The notes under the pieces were generated by a model. It made no database searches. It was not told the origin of the DNA and saw only the letters and a list, made by a program, of their open reading frames with translations. The position numbers were made by a program, and so were the translations under genes. A DNA stretch of 64,000 bases from NCBI GenBank assembly GCA_963813335.1, contig CAWEYL010000006.1:90185-154184 (forward strand), given 5' to 3'. Origin of the DNA: an uncultured Chloroflexia bacterium. GTDB taxonomy: Bacteria; Chloroflexota; Limnocylindria; Limnocylindrales; CSP1-4. Below are positions 30,145-39,600 of this stretch, piece after piece. Position 1 is the first letter of the stretch. Each line of letters starts with the position of its first letter.

Positions 30145-33100
30145 CTACCCGCTCCCTTGGAGCGTGAAGGCGTAGGCGCCAGTCGCCGTCTGGTTCCCGT
30201 GGACGTGGATGGTGTACGTGCCGCCCTGGCTCGCGACGCCGCTGAGATCGTGGCAGGTGCCCGTCCCGGCGACGGGCTGGCCGTCCGGGCGCAGCAGCTC
30301 CCAGAGCAGCCCGTCGACGCAGGCGCCCGTGGCGTGGACCGTGATCGTCGACCCAGCCGCCGCATCGAACGTGTAGAGCGCCTCCTGCCCGATCTGGCCC
30401 ACCGACCCGGCAACCGGGTGACCGACCGAGATCGACGTCGTGGTCGTTGCGGGCACAGGGAGGATCTGGAACGCATAGGCGCCGGTGGTCGCGCGGTCGC
30501 CGTGGATCCGAACCGTGTAGGTTCCCGCGGCCGGAAGCTCCACCCGCCCGAGGTCATTGCAGGTCTGCGTGTCACCGATGCGTGTTCCGGTGGGGCTGAG
30601 CAGCGTCCACAACAGGTCGCTCGTGCAATCGCCGACGCGTTGCGCATAGACCACCTGGTGGGCGGACCCATCGAAGGTGTAGTCCGCCCATTGGCCGGCG
30701 GCGGAGAGCGACCCGTTCACGCCCTGCTCGAGCGAGATCGGCGTCACGACGGTGGCCGGCACCGCTAGCAGGGAGAACCCATACGCGCCCATCGCGTTCC
30801 GATCGGCGTTGACCCGGACCGTGTACGTCCCCTCCGACGGCAGCACCTGGCGCAGGAGGTCGTTGCACACGACACTGCCGTCGAGCGGGCCGCCATCCGG
30901 ACCGAGCAGCTCCCATCGAAGCGACCCCGAGCAGGTCGCCTTCGACTGGAGGTACACGGTTTCATCCTTGACGCCCGTGAAGGTGTAGTCGTCCGTCTGG
31001 TTGGAGCTGGCGATCGACCCGGTGACGGTCTGCCCGATCGAGATGGGAGTGACGTCCGCCGGCGTCGACGTCGTCGGCGCGACGACCGCACCCGAGGCCG
31101 CGACGGCGGCCGTGTCGGCCGCGTACGAGGCATCGCCGGTCATCCCGACGTCAAGCGTGCAGTCATCGAGCAGCGGCTCGTTTCTGACGCCGACGGCTCG
31201 GCAGGTTGCCTCCGCCGTCGCGCGGACATCGGGGCTCAGCCCCGCGATCGTCGCCTCCGCGGAGGGGATGTCGGGCTTCTGGAATGTCGCGGTACTCTCG
31301 CCGGGCTGGTAATCGAACAACGACTCGCGCTGGCCGACCCGCCAGCTGTCGCCGAACTGCTGGTAGAGCTTTGTCGCGAACATCGGGTCCGATCGATCGA
31401 GCACCGTGCCGTCGCGGCCCATCAGGTCGTTCGCGGCGTTGCCGTCGTCGCTGCCGCCGAGACCGCGCAACGAACCGCGCTCCGCGGCACTCGGGGCGTA
31501 TGCATAGCTGAGCGTCCGGCCGTCGCGGAACAGCCAAAGCCTGCTCCCGTCGGGCCAAGTCACCGTCACGCTGGCCCCGTGCCGTTCGAGCGAGCCGCCG
31601 TGCGGGAGGCGTTCCGCGATGTCGGCGGCCTCGACCGCCTTCCCATCGACGATCAGGAAGTCCGGCTCGGCCGCATAGATCCCGACTCGATCACCGACGA
31701 CGTTCATGGCGACCGCCGTGGTGAAGGTGATCAAGGTCCCGCCGAACGTCGGCTCCTGCCGGGCCTGGATCTCCAGGCTGTCGTCGCCCGATCTCGCCAT
31801 GACGAACTCACCTCCGGCCTGGAGGTCGTAGTGGGTCCCGTCCGCGGTCAAGACGTGGACGTCGCCCCACACGATGTTGCAGGGATGCGCGACGGTTCCG
31901 ACGCACGACTGGCCGTTCGGTCCGACGCAGGTGAGTCCCTTGCAGCCGGTGGGCCCAAGGTTGCATGGCACGTCGGCCGTGCCCGTACAGGCCGTCCCGT
32001 TCGGCCCGGTGCAATCGACGCCGGTGCACCCGGTTCCACCGCCACCGTCGCCGGGCGGAGGCTCCGGCGGGTCCGGCGGGCAGATGTTGATCTTGTGCGT
32101 GTACGTCAGGCCGATCGCGAAGGCGGGGGCGCCCAGGAGCGCCGTGCCGCCCTCGATGAGGAGGTCGCCGGCCCCGCAGGTACCGATGAGGCCAGTCGGG
32201 TCCGTGCGGTTCACCGGGTCGCCGCTGACGAAGCGATAGAGGTTCGCGTCTCCGCCCGCGAACCGGATCGGGTCCGGGCTCGTCCAACGGCCCGTCGTCG
32301 GGTCGTAGTCGCGGGCGCCCAGGTGGACGAGCCCCGTGTCCGCGTCGAGGAGGCCGCCGCCGAACCCGAACGGGATGAACCCCGGATGGGTCTCGTGCGT
32401 GACTCGACCCCAGGCGTCGTACTGGATCGCGTCCGCGACGGCTCCCGATCCCGAGGAGATCACGAGCCGAGGGCTCCCGAGTGAGTCGGTCACCACCCGA
32501 TAGGTCGTATCGCCGCGTTCGAGGAGCGCCAGATGCCCGAGGTGGTCATAGGCGAATTTGGAGCTGACCGCGCCGGCTCCGTCGGTCTCGGCCACGATCT
32601 GTCCGGCGGGGTCGTAGAGGTAGCCGACGACCCTTGATCCGGCGACCTGCCGCCCGACACGCCGGCCGTCGGCGTCCACGAGGTAGGTGATCGTCCTGCC
32701 GTCGGCGGGGGTCGCGGTTCGGAGACGCCCGAGCTCATCGAACGTGAACCGCGTCGTCCCGTCGGGCGCGTCGATCGTGGCGAGGCTGCCGCCGGCCGCC
32801 CACGTCTCCGTCGCGGATCCCCAGCGGGTCTGGCGGTTGCGCGCGTCGTACGCGCCCCGGATCGTGTCGCTCGGTCCCGCCATTCGGATCCGGTTGCCGG
32901 CCGCGTCGTAGGTATCCGTCTCGATGGTCCGGCCGTCGACGGTGACCCTCGCCAGGCGGTCGGCCGCGTCGTATGCATACGTGGTCTTCGTCGTCCGGCT
33001 GCCGGTCGTTTCGGCGATCCCGACGATGCGACCGAGCGCATCGACCGAGTAGCGGTCGTCGAGGATCGTCGTCCGTCCATTCGGGCCGGGCGTCGGACCT

Positions 33101-35295
33101 ACGCTCGTCGTCGACCGGATCAGCGCGCCGTTCGCGTCGTACTGCTGATCGGTCGTCACCGGGCCGACCGAGCTCGACGTGACCTGACCACTCACGGGAT
33201 CCCGGGTCAGCGACAGCTCCGAGATCCCGATCAGGGCGCCCCCGTCGTCGTAGCGGAAAGCGTAGCCCGGCTGCTCGTCGACGGTCACGTCCGTCGCACG
33301 GCCGTTGGCGTCGATCGTGAGGGCCATGGAGCCCGTGACCGAGCCGGACCAGGCGAGACGCTGCGCCTGGCTGCCGGCGTATCCATAACTGATCGTCACG
33401 CCGTCCGGATCCGCCGCGGAGGCCCTCAGACCGGTCTTCGGGTCCCACGCTACGCTCGACGCCCCGGCCGCGGTGGTCCACCCGGAGAGGCGGCCCGACG
33501 CGTCGTACGTCAGCTTGATCTCGTCCGTTCCCGCGCCGGTGACCGAGCTCGGGCGGCCGTCGGCGTCGTAGGTGGTGGTCGCCGCTGAGGCATCTCCCGC
33601 CACCGATGGCGGGAGATACGCCGTGGGCCGGCCCGCGGCGCTGTAGCCGAGGGTGAACCCGAGCCCGCCCGCGGGCTGGATGAGCGTCGGGCGACCGAGG
33701 GCGTCGAACGTCGTGATCGTCGTCGAGCCGTCCGCCGCCGCGGTCGTGGCGGCCTTGCCGCGGGCATCGACGCCGAGATTCTTGGTGCTGCCATCCGGAC
33801 GGGTCACGGACTCGATCCCCGTCGCCGGGTCGTAGGCGAATCGCGTCGTCTGCGCGGTCGCACCAGTGCCGACGGTCATCGTTGCCTGCCGGCCGAGCGG
33901 GTCATAGGTCGCCGCGATCGGCGGCTGCCCCGGAAGCTGTTCGAACACGAGCCGGCCTGACTCGTCGAAGGTGTCCGTTGTCCGTCGCCCGGCGGGATCC
34001 ACGATGATCGCGGTGCGAGACGATGGGTCGAACGTGCGGACGGTCGCGGCGTCGTTCGTCGTGATGGTCACGGAACCAGCCAGCGCGTCGGGCACCCCTC
34101 CGACCGGTTCGAGCGCCTGGACGACGGTCGTCGTCGACGTCACGCCGTCTGGCCGTTTGGTCTCGTCCGGCGTGAGCACCGGCGCGGCCATCCCCCAGCC
34201 CGTGCTCGCCACGGCGCCGATCGTGCGCATGACCCCGTCGGGTGTCGCGAGGGTCCGCGACCCGTCCGCCTCGGTGGTCTCGACGTTGGCCGTGCCGTCC
34301 GGCGCCGTGAGGGTCCGACGAATCCCGCCGGCAACGCCTTCGACCTGATAGGTCGTCGTCCGTCCCAGCGCGGTCGTGGCCCGGATCTCGACCCCATCGG
34401 CCGTCTCGCTTCGGGCCTGTTGCACGGTCACGCCGTCGGCGTCGCTGGAGGCCTCGAGGCGGCCATCCTGGTCGTACGTGAACCGCGTCACGCCGCCGAG
34501 CGCATCGGTCTCGCTGGTGACGAGGCCGCCCGGCGCCCAATGGAGGCTCATCGTCGAACCGCCCGGATCCGTGACTGCCGCGAGGTGGCCATCGCCGTCG
34601 AGAGCGAGCGTCGTGAGCGCGCCGTCGATTCCCGCAAGGGATTGCGGCGTGCCGTCGCTCGCGCGCCGCACCTCGACATGGACCGGTAGCCCGCGAACGG
34701 TGCCGCTGACGCTCGAGAGCCGACCGGCAGCGTCGTAGGCGATCGTAAGGAGCGGGAGGCCCAGGAACCCGTCGACGGTCCGGACGTGGCGGCCGGCCGC
34801 GTCGAGGACGTCTGCGAACGACCCGTCGAAGGACGGGACCGCGCTCTCGCCCGACGCGGCCTGAACCGGATCGACGAACCGCCAGGTGCCGTCCCCCGCG
34901 ATCAGGGCCCGATCCGCCGCCCGGTAGCGGTCCACCACGTTGAGCGACCACCCACCGAGACCGAGCCCGCTCGCATCCCAGCCGGCTCGATCGGTTCGAC
35001 CCGGGGCCCATTGACTCGACCAGGTGAGAGCCAGACCGGAGTCGACGATCGGGATCGAGAGGAACGCAGCCTGCTGGTCACAACCGATGAGGCCGGCCGG
35101 ATCGCATTCGTCGATCGCCGTGGGTCCGTGACCGGCGGCTTCGCTCGGGCTGGCCGTTGGCGCGAGATCCGAGGTCGTGGTCGGCGACGGTGACGGCGGC
35201 GGCGTGGGCGCGCAGGCCGCCGTGACGAGCTCGACGATGAGCACGACCATCGCGAGGCGATGGCGCCTGGTTCGGCTCGGCGTACAGTCGGACAA
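30145..35295 (-). CDS. Lipoprotein YD/RHS-repeat (teneurin-like) protein with C-terminal Cys-rich, VWD and 3 PPC-like domains
   Basis: LVTAAC lipobox; GLGGWSL; many YD repeats; RHS core ARDYDPTTGRWTSPDP...DPVNRTDPTG; WGDVH..DG..YDLQ..GEF VWD; three ~100-aa C-terminal repeats. Confidence 0.88.
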   Translation of the reverse strand: MSDCTPSRTRRHRLAMVVLIVELVTAACAPTPPPSPSPTTTSDLAPTASPSEAAGHGPTAIDECDPAGLIGCDQQAAFLSIPIVDSGLALTWSSQWAPGRTDRAGWDASGLGLGGWSLNVVDRYRAADRALIAGDGTWRFVDPVQAASGESAVPSFDGSFADVLDAAGRHVRTVDGFLGLPLLTIAYDAAGRLSSVSGTVRGLPVHVEVRRASDGTPQSLAGIDGALTTLALDGDGHLAAVTDPGGSTMSLHWAPGGLVTSETDALGGVTRFTYDQDGRLEASSDADGVTVQQARSETADGVEIRATTALGRTTTYQVEGVAGGIRRTLTAPDGTANVETTEADGSRTLATPDGVMRTIGAVASTGWGMAAPVLTPDETKRPDGVTSTTTVVQALEPVGGVPDALAGSVTITTNDAATVRTFDPSSRTAIIVDPAGRRTTDTFDESGRLVFEQLPGQPPIAATYDPLGRQATMTVGTGATAQTTRFAYDPATGIESVTRPDGSTKNLGVDARGKAATTAAADGSTTITTFDALGRPTLIQPAGGLGFTLGYSAAGRPTAYLPPSVAGDASAATTTYDADGRPSSVTGAGTDEIKLTYDASGRLSGWTTAAGASSVAWDPKTGLRASAADPDGVTISYGYAGSQAQRLAWSGSVTGSMALTIDANGRATDVTVDEQPGYAFRYDDGGALIGISELSLTRDPVSGQVTSSSVGPVTTDQQYDANGALIRSTTSVGPTPGPNGRTTILDDRYSVDALGRIVGIAETTGSRTTKTTYAYDAADRLARVTVDGRTIETDTYDAAGNRIRMAGPSDTIRGAYDARNRQTRWGSATETWAAGGSLATIDAPDGTTRFTFDELGRLRTATPADGRTITYLVDADGRRVGRQVAGSRVVGYLYDPAGQIVAETDGAGAVSSKFAYDHLGHLALLERGDTTYRVVTDSLGSPRLVISSGSGAVADAIQYDAWGRVTHETHPGFIPFGFGGGLLDADTGLVHLGARDYDPTTGRWTSPDPIRFAGGDANLYRFVSGDPVNRTDPTGLIGTCGAGDLLIEGGTALLGAPAFAIGLTYTHKINICPPDPPEPPPGDGGGGTGCTGVDCTGPNGTACTGTADVPCNLGPTGCKGLTCVGPNGQSCVGTVAHPCNIVWGDVHVLTADGTHYDLQAGGEFVMARSGDDSLEIQARQEPTFGGTLITFTTAVAMNVVGDRVGIYAAEPDFLIVDGKAVEAADIAERLPHGGSLERHGASVTVTWPDGSRLWLFRDGRTLSYAYAPSAAERGSLRGLGGSDDGNAANDLMGRDGTVLDRSDPMFATKLYQQFGDSWRVGQRESLFDYQPGESTATFQKPDIPSAEATIAGLSPDVRATAEATCRAVGVRNEPLLDDCTLDVGMTGDASYAADTAAVAASGAVVAPTTSTPADVTPISIGQTVTGSIASSNQTDDYTFTGVKDETVYLQSKATCSGSLRWELLGPDGGPLDGSVVCNDLLRQVLPSEGTYTVRVNADRNAMGAYGFSLLAVPATVVTPISLEQGVNGSLSAAGQWADYTFDGSAHQVVYAQRVGDCTSDLLWTLLSPTGTRIGDTQTCNDLGRVELPAAGTYTVRIHGDRATTGAYAFQILPVPATTTTSISVGHPVAGSVGQIGQEALYTFDAAAGSTITVHATGACVDGLLWELLRPDGQPVAGTGTCHDLSGVASQGGTYTIHVHGNQTATGAYAFTLQGSG

Positions 35296-35500
35296 CTGGT
35301 CGTACCCCGCTCAGCGTGTGGGCGCGAGCCTAGGTTCGATCCCTCCCGCACATAAGAGGTGTTTGCCCCGATCTGTGGCGAAGGGACCCATCGCACCGCG
35401 GTCGCGATGACATCCGGCAACTGCGGTGTGCCCGGGGATTCGCGGCGATGACGACGGTATGTTGCCGTCAGGATTCGAACGCATCAGGAAGCAGATCGCC

Positions 35501-36295
35501 ATGCGTCATCTCGAGTCACGCTGGCTGTTCGCGGCGCTCATCGCGTTGCTGACCGCGGCCTGTTCCGGTCCCGCCGCCAGCGTCCCGGCGCCCTCGTCAT
35601 CTGCTGCGGCCAGCGCAGCGCCGACCCAGGCCGCGCGACCGTCAGCCTCCACCTCGGCGCCCTCGTGCGATCCCGCCTGCCTCCTCATGCAGATGCAACC
35701 GCCGGCGTTGACCCAGCCGGGGACGCTGCCGGCGGGGAAGTACACCACGGTGGACTTCTACCCAGGCGGATTGACGGTCACCCTCAACGACAGATGGTCC
35801 AGCCACGAGGACAGCACGGGAGAGTTCGCCTTGGACGTCGCCGGCACCAGTGGGGAAGGCGACACGATCGTGTTCTGGCTCGACATGAGCCCGGTCACCT
35901 GGGACGGCAAACTGGTCGAGGGTGTGGCCAACACTCCAGGCGCCGTCAGCGATTGGCTGCATGGTGTCCGCGAGCTGACGGTCTCGCCCGCCATGCAGAC
36001 GACCATCGGTCAGGACAAGCTCCCGGCCCTCGTGATGGATATCGCCGTCGCAGAAGACGCGCCGAACGGTGACCCAGGCTGCCCCACTCGCGCCTGCGCC
36101 GCGATCTTCACGTTCCCGGAGTTCTCCGAGCCGTGGGCCATCTCGGGTGACATGAAGACGCGTCTGTACCTCGCGCAGATCGGCAACGGACCGCACATGC
36201 TCTACGTCGTCTACAACGTCGTCGACGCGACGACGTTCGCCCCGATCGCGCAGCCGGTCGTCGACAGCATCAAGTTGTCGACCACGCTCGACTGA
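35501..36295 (+). CDS. Hypothetical lipoprotein
   Basis: LTAAC lipobox, Ala/Pro/Ser linker, beta-rich domain. Confidence 0.75.
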   Translation: MRHLESRWLFAALIALLTAACSGPAASVPAPSSSAAASAAPTQAARPSASTSAPSCDPACLLMQMQPPALTQPGTLPAGKYTTVDFYPGGLTVTLNDRWSSHEDSTGEFALDVAGTSGEGDTIVFWLDMSPVTWDGKLVEGVANTPGAVSDWLHGVRELTVSPAMQTTIGQDKLPALVMDIAVAEDAPNGDPGCPTRACAAIFTFPEFSEPWAISGDMKTRLYLAQIGNGPHMLYVVYNVVDATTFAPIAQPVVDSIKLSTTLD

Positions 36296-36384
36296 GAAGC
36301 GCCACGGTCAGCCGATCGCGCGCGGGCAGGTCGTGGTCGTTGTCCGCGAGTCCTGCTGAGCGGCCAGCGCTCAGCCTTTCACGC

Positions 36385-37791
36385 TCATGCACCCCGCGGT
36401 CCTGCACGCGCTTGGCGGCGCCCGATGATCGCGAAGGTCTCCATCGGCCCGTGTCCGCGAAGGTCGATCGGACCGCGGGGCTCCGCATCGAACCGGTCCT
36501 GCACCATCTGCCAGGTGTCGACGCTGACCTGGACACGACCGGGGATGCCCTGCGACTCAAGCCTGCTGGCGATGTTCACGGTCTCGCCCCAGATGTCGAA
36601 CGCGAACTTGCGGTGGCCGATCACGCCGCCGATGACCGGCCCTGAATGTACGCCGACTCGGAGCCGAAGCTCAGCAGCGTCGTCGCTCTGTCGCGAGGCG
36701 GCGTCGATCATCGCGAGACCGAGATCGACGACGAGAGCTGCGTGGTCATCGAGTGGCTCGGGCAGTCCGCCCGCGGCCATGTATGCATCGCCGATGGTCT
36801 TGATCTTCTCGAGGCCGCGCTCGGCCACGAGCTCGTCGAAGCGCGCGAAGAGACGGCCGAGCATCTCCACCACGGCGTCGGCCGGCAGGCGCGCGGTCAA
36901 CGGCGTGAACCCGACGATGTCAGCGAAGAGCACCGTGACGGCCGGATACTCGTCGGCTATCGTCCGCTCGCCGGCGAGGAGGCGCGATGAGATCGATCCA
37001 GGAAGGACGTTGAGCAACAGCGCATCGGCCCTGTCCTTCTCGGTCCTCAACGCGTCTGCCTGTCGGGTGATGACGCTGTCCTGATAGAAGACCCGGCGGC
37101 GTGACTGCTCGAGGAGTCGCAGCGCCAGCAGACTGCCGACCACGGCGGCTCCGAAGATGAATGCGTCGACGAGGAGGCTGCTCCGGCCGGTATAGAGGAC
37201 GGCCGCGACGACGAAGCCGACCACGATGACGGCCGTGCGGAACGAGGCGAAGATGAAGGCGGTGCGTGCGACGAAACCGAAGGCGAAGAGCAGCATGATC
37301 GCGCTGATCCCGTAGCCCGGCAGGACGCCACCCACGGACGCAAGCCAGAGGATGACCAGCCCGTTCACAGCCGTCAGGACCGAGATGATCGAGTGCTGTC
37401 GATCGAGCGTGTCCGCGTAGGCCGAGAGCAGGAAGCCTGCCGAGTTGATCGCCGCCATCGCGAAGCACACGGGGATCGCGAGGCCCGAAGGGACCGGCGT
37501 GCTGGCCGGGACGACGACGACCGCCAGGAGCCACAGGAGCGCGGCCGCGCCGGTCGCGATGCGGAATCCGACCCGGCTCTCGGCGCCACCCTGGAGCTGG
37601 TAGCGCTGTTCCAGGCTAGGGTCGATGAACCGCAGCGAGCCTGGCCGGAGCGCCCCTTGGTCGGCATCGAACTCGGCCGCCGGTCCCGAAAGGTCGTGGT
37701 CACCCAAGGCCTTCTCCACGCTGGAAGACGCTTCCCCGCGCGTGCCTGACCCCCCGGGGACGGTGGACGCGAACGGGATCCCCCCTTCCAT
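36385..37791 (-). CDS. Membrane class III adenylate/guanylate cyclase
   Basis: 6 TM; VLFADIVGFT, KIKTIGDAYM, FDIWGETVNIASRLES. Confidence 0.93.
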   Translation of the reverse strand: MEGGIPFASTVPGGSGTRGEASSSVEKALGDHDLSGPAAEFDADQGALRPGSLRFIDPSLEQRYQLQGGAESRVGFRIATGAAALLWLLAVVVVPASTPVPSGLAIPVCFAMAAINSAGFLLSAYADTLDRQHSIISVLTAVNGLVILWLASVGGVLPGYGISAIMLLFAFGFVARTAFIFASFRTAVIVVGFVVAAVLYTGRSSLLVDAFIFGAAVVGSLLALRLLEQSRRRVFYQDSVITRQADALRTEKDRADALLLNVLPGSISSRLLAGERTIADEYPAVTVLFADIVGFTPLTARLPADAVVEMLGRLFARFDELVAERGLEKIKTIGDAYMAAGGLPEPLDDHAALVVDLGLAMIDAASRQSDDAAELRLRVGVHSGPVIGGVIGHRKFAFDIWGETVNIASRLESQGIPGRVQVSVDTWQMVQDRFDAEPRGPIDLRGHGPMETFAIIGRRQARAGPRGA

Positions 37792-37915
37792 CTAGGGTAC
37801 CGCGCAGGTGGGGGCTTGCGGCAAGGCCCCCCTGATGCTCTAGAGTCGCCGGCCGATGCCGCGACCGATCGAGCGGCGAGCGGATGCAGGTGGCGTTCAT
37901 GGATGGAGCGAGGCG

Positions 37916-39385
37916 ATGACCGAGCATGCGGTGGTGATCGTCGGAGGCGGGCCGACGGGGCTGATGTTGGCCGGCGAGCTGGCGTTGGCGGGCGTCGACG
38001 TCGTCGTCGTCGAGCGGCGCCCCAGCCAGGACGTCATCGGCTCGCGTGCCGGCGGCCTCCACTCGCGCACGATCGAGATCCTCGACCAGCGCGGCATCGC
38101 CGATCGGTTCCTCTCGCAGGGAACGGTGGCCCAGATCGCGGGGTTCGCCTGGATCCGCCTTGACATGAGCGACCTTCCCACGCGTCACCCCTATGGGCTC
38201 GCGCTGCGGCAGCGCGAGATCGAGCGCATCCTCGCCGAGTGGGTCGGCGAGCTCGGCGTGCCGATCGAGCGTGGCCGGGAGGTGACCGGCTTCGCGCAGG
38301 ACGACGCCGGCGTCGACGTGCAGCTGTCGGACGGCCAGTCATACCGCGCGGAGTACCTCGTCGGCTGCGACGGTGGACGCAGCCTGATCCGGAAAGCGGC
38401 CGCCATCGAGTTCCCGGGATGGGAACCGACGGTCAGCCACCTGATCGCCGAGGTCGAGATGACCGACGAGCCGGAACCGGGCCTGCGGCGCGATGCTCAC
38501 GGGATCCATTCCCTGAGCCGGATGGAGGACGGGCGGACGGTGGGCGTCCTCGTGACCGAAGCGAGACTCGGCCAGACCGATGAGCCCACGCTGGCCGATC
38601 TCCGCGCGGCGCTGGTCGCCGCGTACGGTACCGATTTCGGGATCCACAGCCCGACGTCGATCTCCAGGTTCACCGACGCCGCACGCCAGGCGGCGACCTA
38701 CCGCAAGGGACGGGTGCTCCTCGCGGGCGACTCAGCCCACGTGCACTACCCGGTGGGTGGCCAGGGCCTCCAGATCGGGGTGCAGGATGCGGTGAACCTC
38801 GGCTGGAAGCTGGCTCAAGTGGTCAGGAAGGCCTCGCCTGAGAGCGTCCTCGATACGTACCACGCCGAGCGGCATCCGGTCGCGGAGCGCGTGCTGCGCA
38901 CCACGATGGCGCAGGTCGCGCTGCTCCGAGGCGATGACCGCACCAACGCATTGCGGGACTCGGTGACCGAGATCCTCGCGATGGACGAGCCGCGCAGGTC
39001 CTTCGCGGCCCAGATGTCCGGCCTGGACATCCGGTACGACCTCGGCGATGGGCATCCATTGCTCGGACGCCGGATGCCCGATCTCGACCTGGTCACCGCC
39101 ACTGGCCCGGTCCGAGTCTCCACCCTGCTGCACAGCGCGCGGGCGGTGCTGATCGGCATCGGCCAGCCCGGAAGCGTCGACATCACGCCCTGGGCCGATC
39201 GCGTACGGTCGATCGACGCCACGTATGCGGGTCCGTGGGAGCTTCCGGCGATCGGGCCTGTCAAGGCGCCCACCGCCGTCCTGGTGCGGCCCGACGGCTA
39301 CGTGGCCTGGGTCGGGAACGAGCACCAATTGGGTCTTGCCGACGCGCTCGGCACGTGGTTCGGACCTCCACGAGTTTCATACTAA
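37916..39385 (+). CDS. FAD-dependent monooxygenase (PheA/TfdB; Rox-like)
   Basis: GGGPTG, VGCDGGRS, LAGDSAHVH..GGQG..QDAVNLGWKLA, LVRPDGYVAW. Confidence 0.9.
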   Translation: MTEHAVVIVGGGPTGLMLAGELALAGVDVVVVERRPSQDVIGSRAGGLHSRTIEILDQRGIADRFLSQGTVAQIAGFAWIRLDMSDLPTRHPYGLALRQREIERILAEWVGELGVPIERGREVTGFAQDDAGVDVQLSDGQSYRAEYLVGCDGGRSLIRKAAAIEFPGWEPTVSHLIAEVEMTDEPEPGLRRDAHGIHSLSRMEDGRTVGVLVTEARLGQTDEPTLADLRAALVAAYGTDFGIHSPTSISRFTDAARQAATYRKGRVLLAGDSAHVHYPVGGQGLQIGVQDAVNLGWKLAQVVRKASPESVLDTYHAERHPVAERVLRTTMAQVALLRGDDRTNALRDSVTEILAMDEPRRSFAAQMSGLDIRYDLGDGHPLLGRRMPDLDLVTATGPVRVSTLLHSARAVLIGIGQPGSVDITPWADRVRSIDATYAGPWELPAIGPVKAPTAVLVRPDGYVAWVGNEHQLGLADALGTWFGPPRVSY

Positions 39386-39428
39386 TCCGACCGTAATAGT
39401 AGACATTGGCGGGGGACCTCCCTATAGT
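39383..39428 (+). promoter_or_regulatory. Promoter TAGACA-17-TATAGT with an overlapping Rrf2(IscR/CymR)-like 9-7-9 site
   Basis: -35 at 39400-39405, -10 at 39423-39428; TAATCCGAC-CGTAATA-GTAGACATT at 39383-39407. Confidence 0.55.
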
Positions 39429-39480
39429 CCCGGCATGCGTTCGATGATCCGACCGGCCGAGATGTGTAGGCCCTGGCGGC

Positions 39481-39600
39481 CCCATGGAGGGGACACAGGG
39501 CGATAGGTCGCGCCGTCTCGGAGACGCAGGGACCGACGCCGGTCCCGGGGCCGCAGTCCAGACGGGCTGCGGCTTCTCTGTGTCCGCCCACTTCCATGGG
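39481..39600 (+). ncRNA. Candidate structured 5' leader RNA (multi-branch junction)
   Basis: Closing stems cccatgga/tccatggg and ggacacaggg/ctctgtgtcc enclose four hairpins. Confidence 0.45.

Noticed and set aside
35333-35343. GGTTCGATCCC T-loop-like motif (tRNA fragment or att site)
   Set aside because: No cloverleaf and no match to tRNA-Thr; lies in the spacer of the predicted RHS promoter
35501-36295. Immunity protein for the RHS gene
   Set aside because: Divergent and upstream rather than downstream, and the RHS C-terminus shows no toxin motif
37916-39385. Rifampin monooxygenase resistance gene (rox)
   Set aside because: Family-level similarity only; no rifamycin-associated element recognised upstream, so substrate cannot be assigned
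39430-39600. SAM-I/SAM-IV riboswitch
   Set aside because: Lacks the conserved AUC/GAG, GGCAACC and GGUGC core; kept only as an unnamed structured leader
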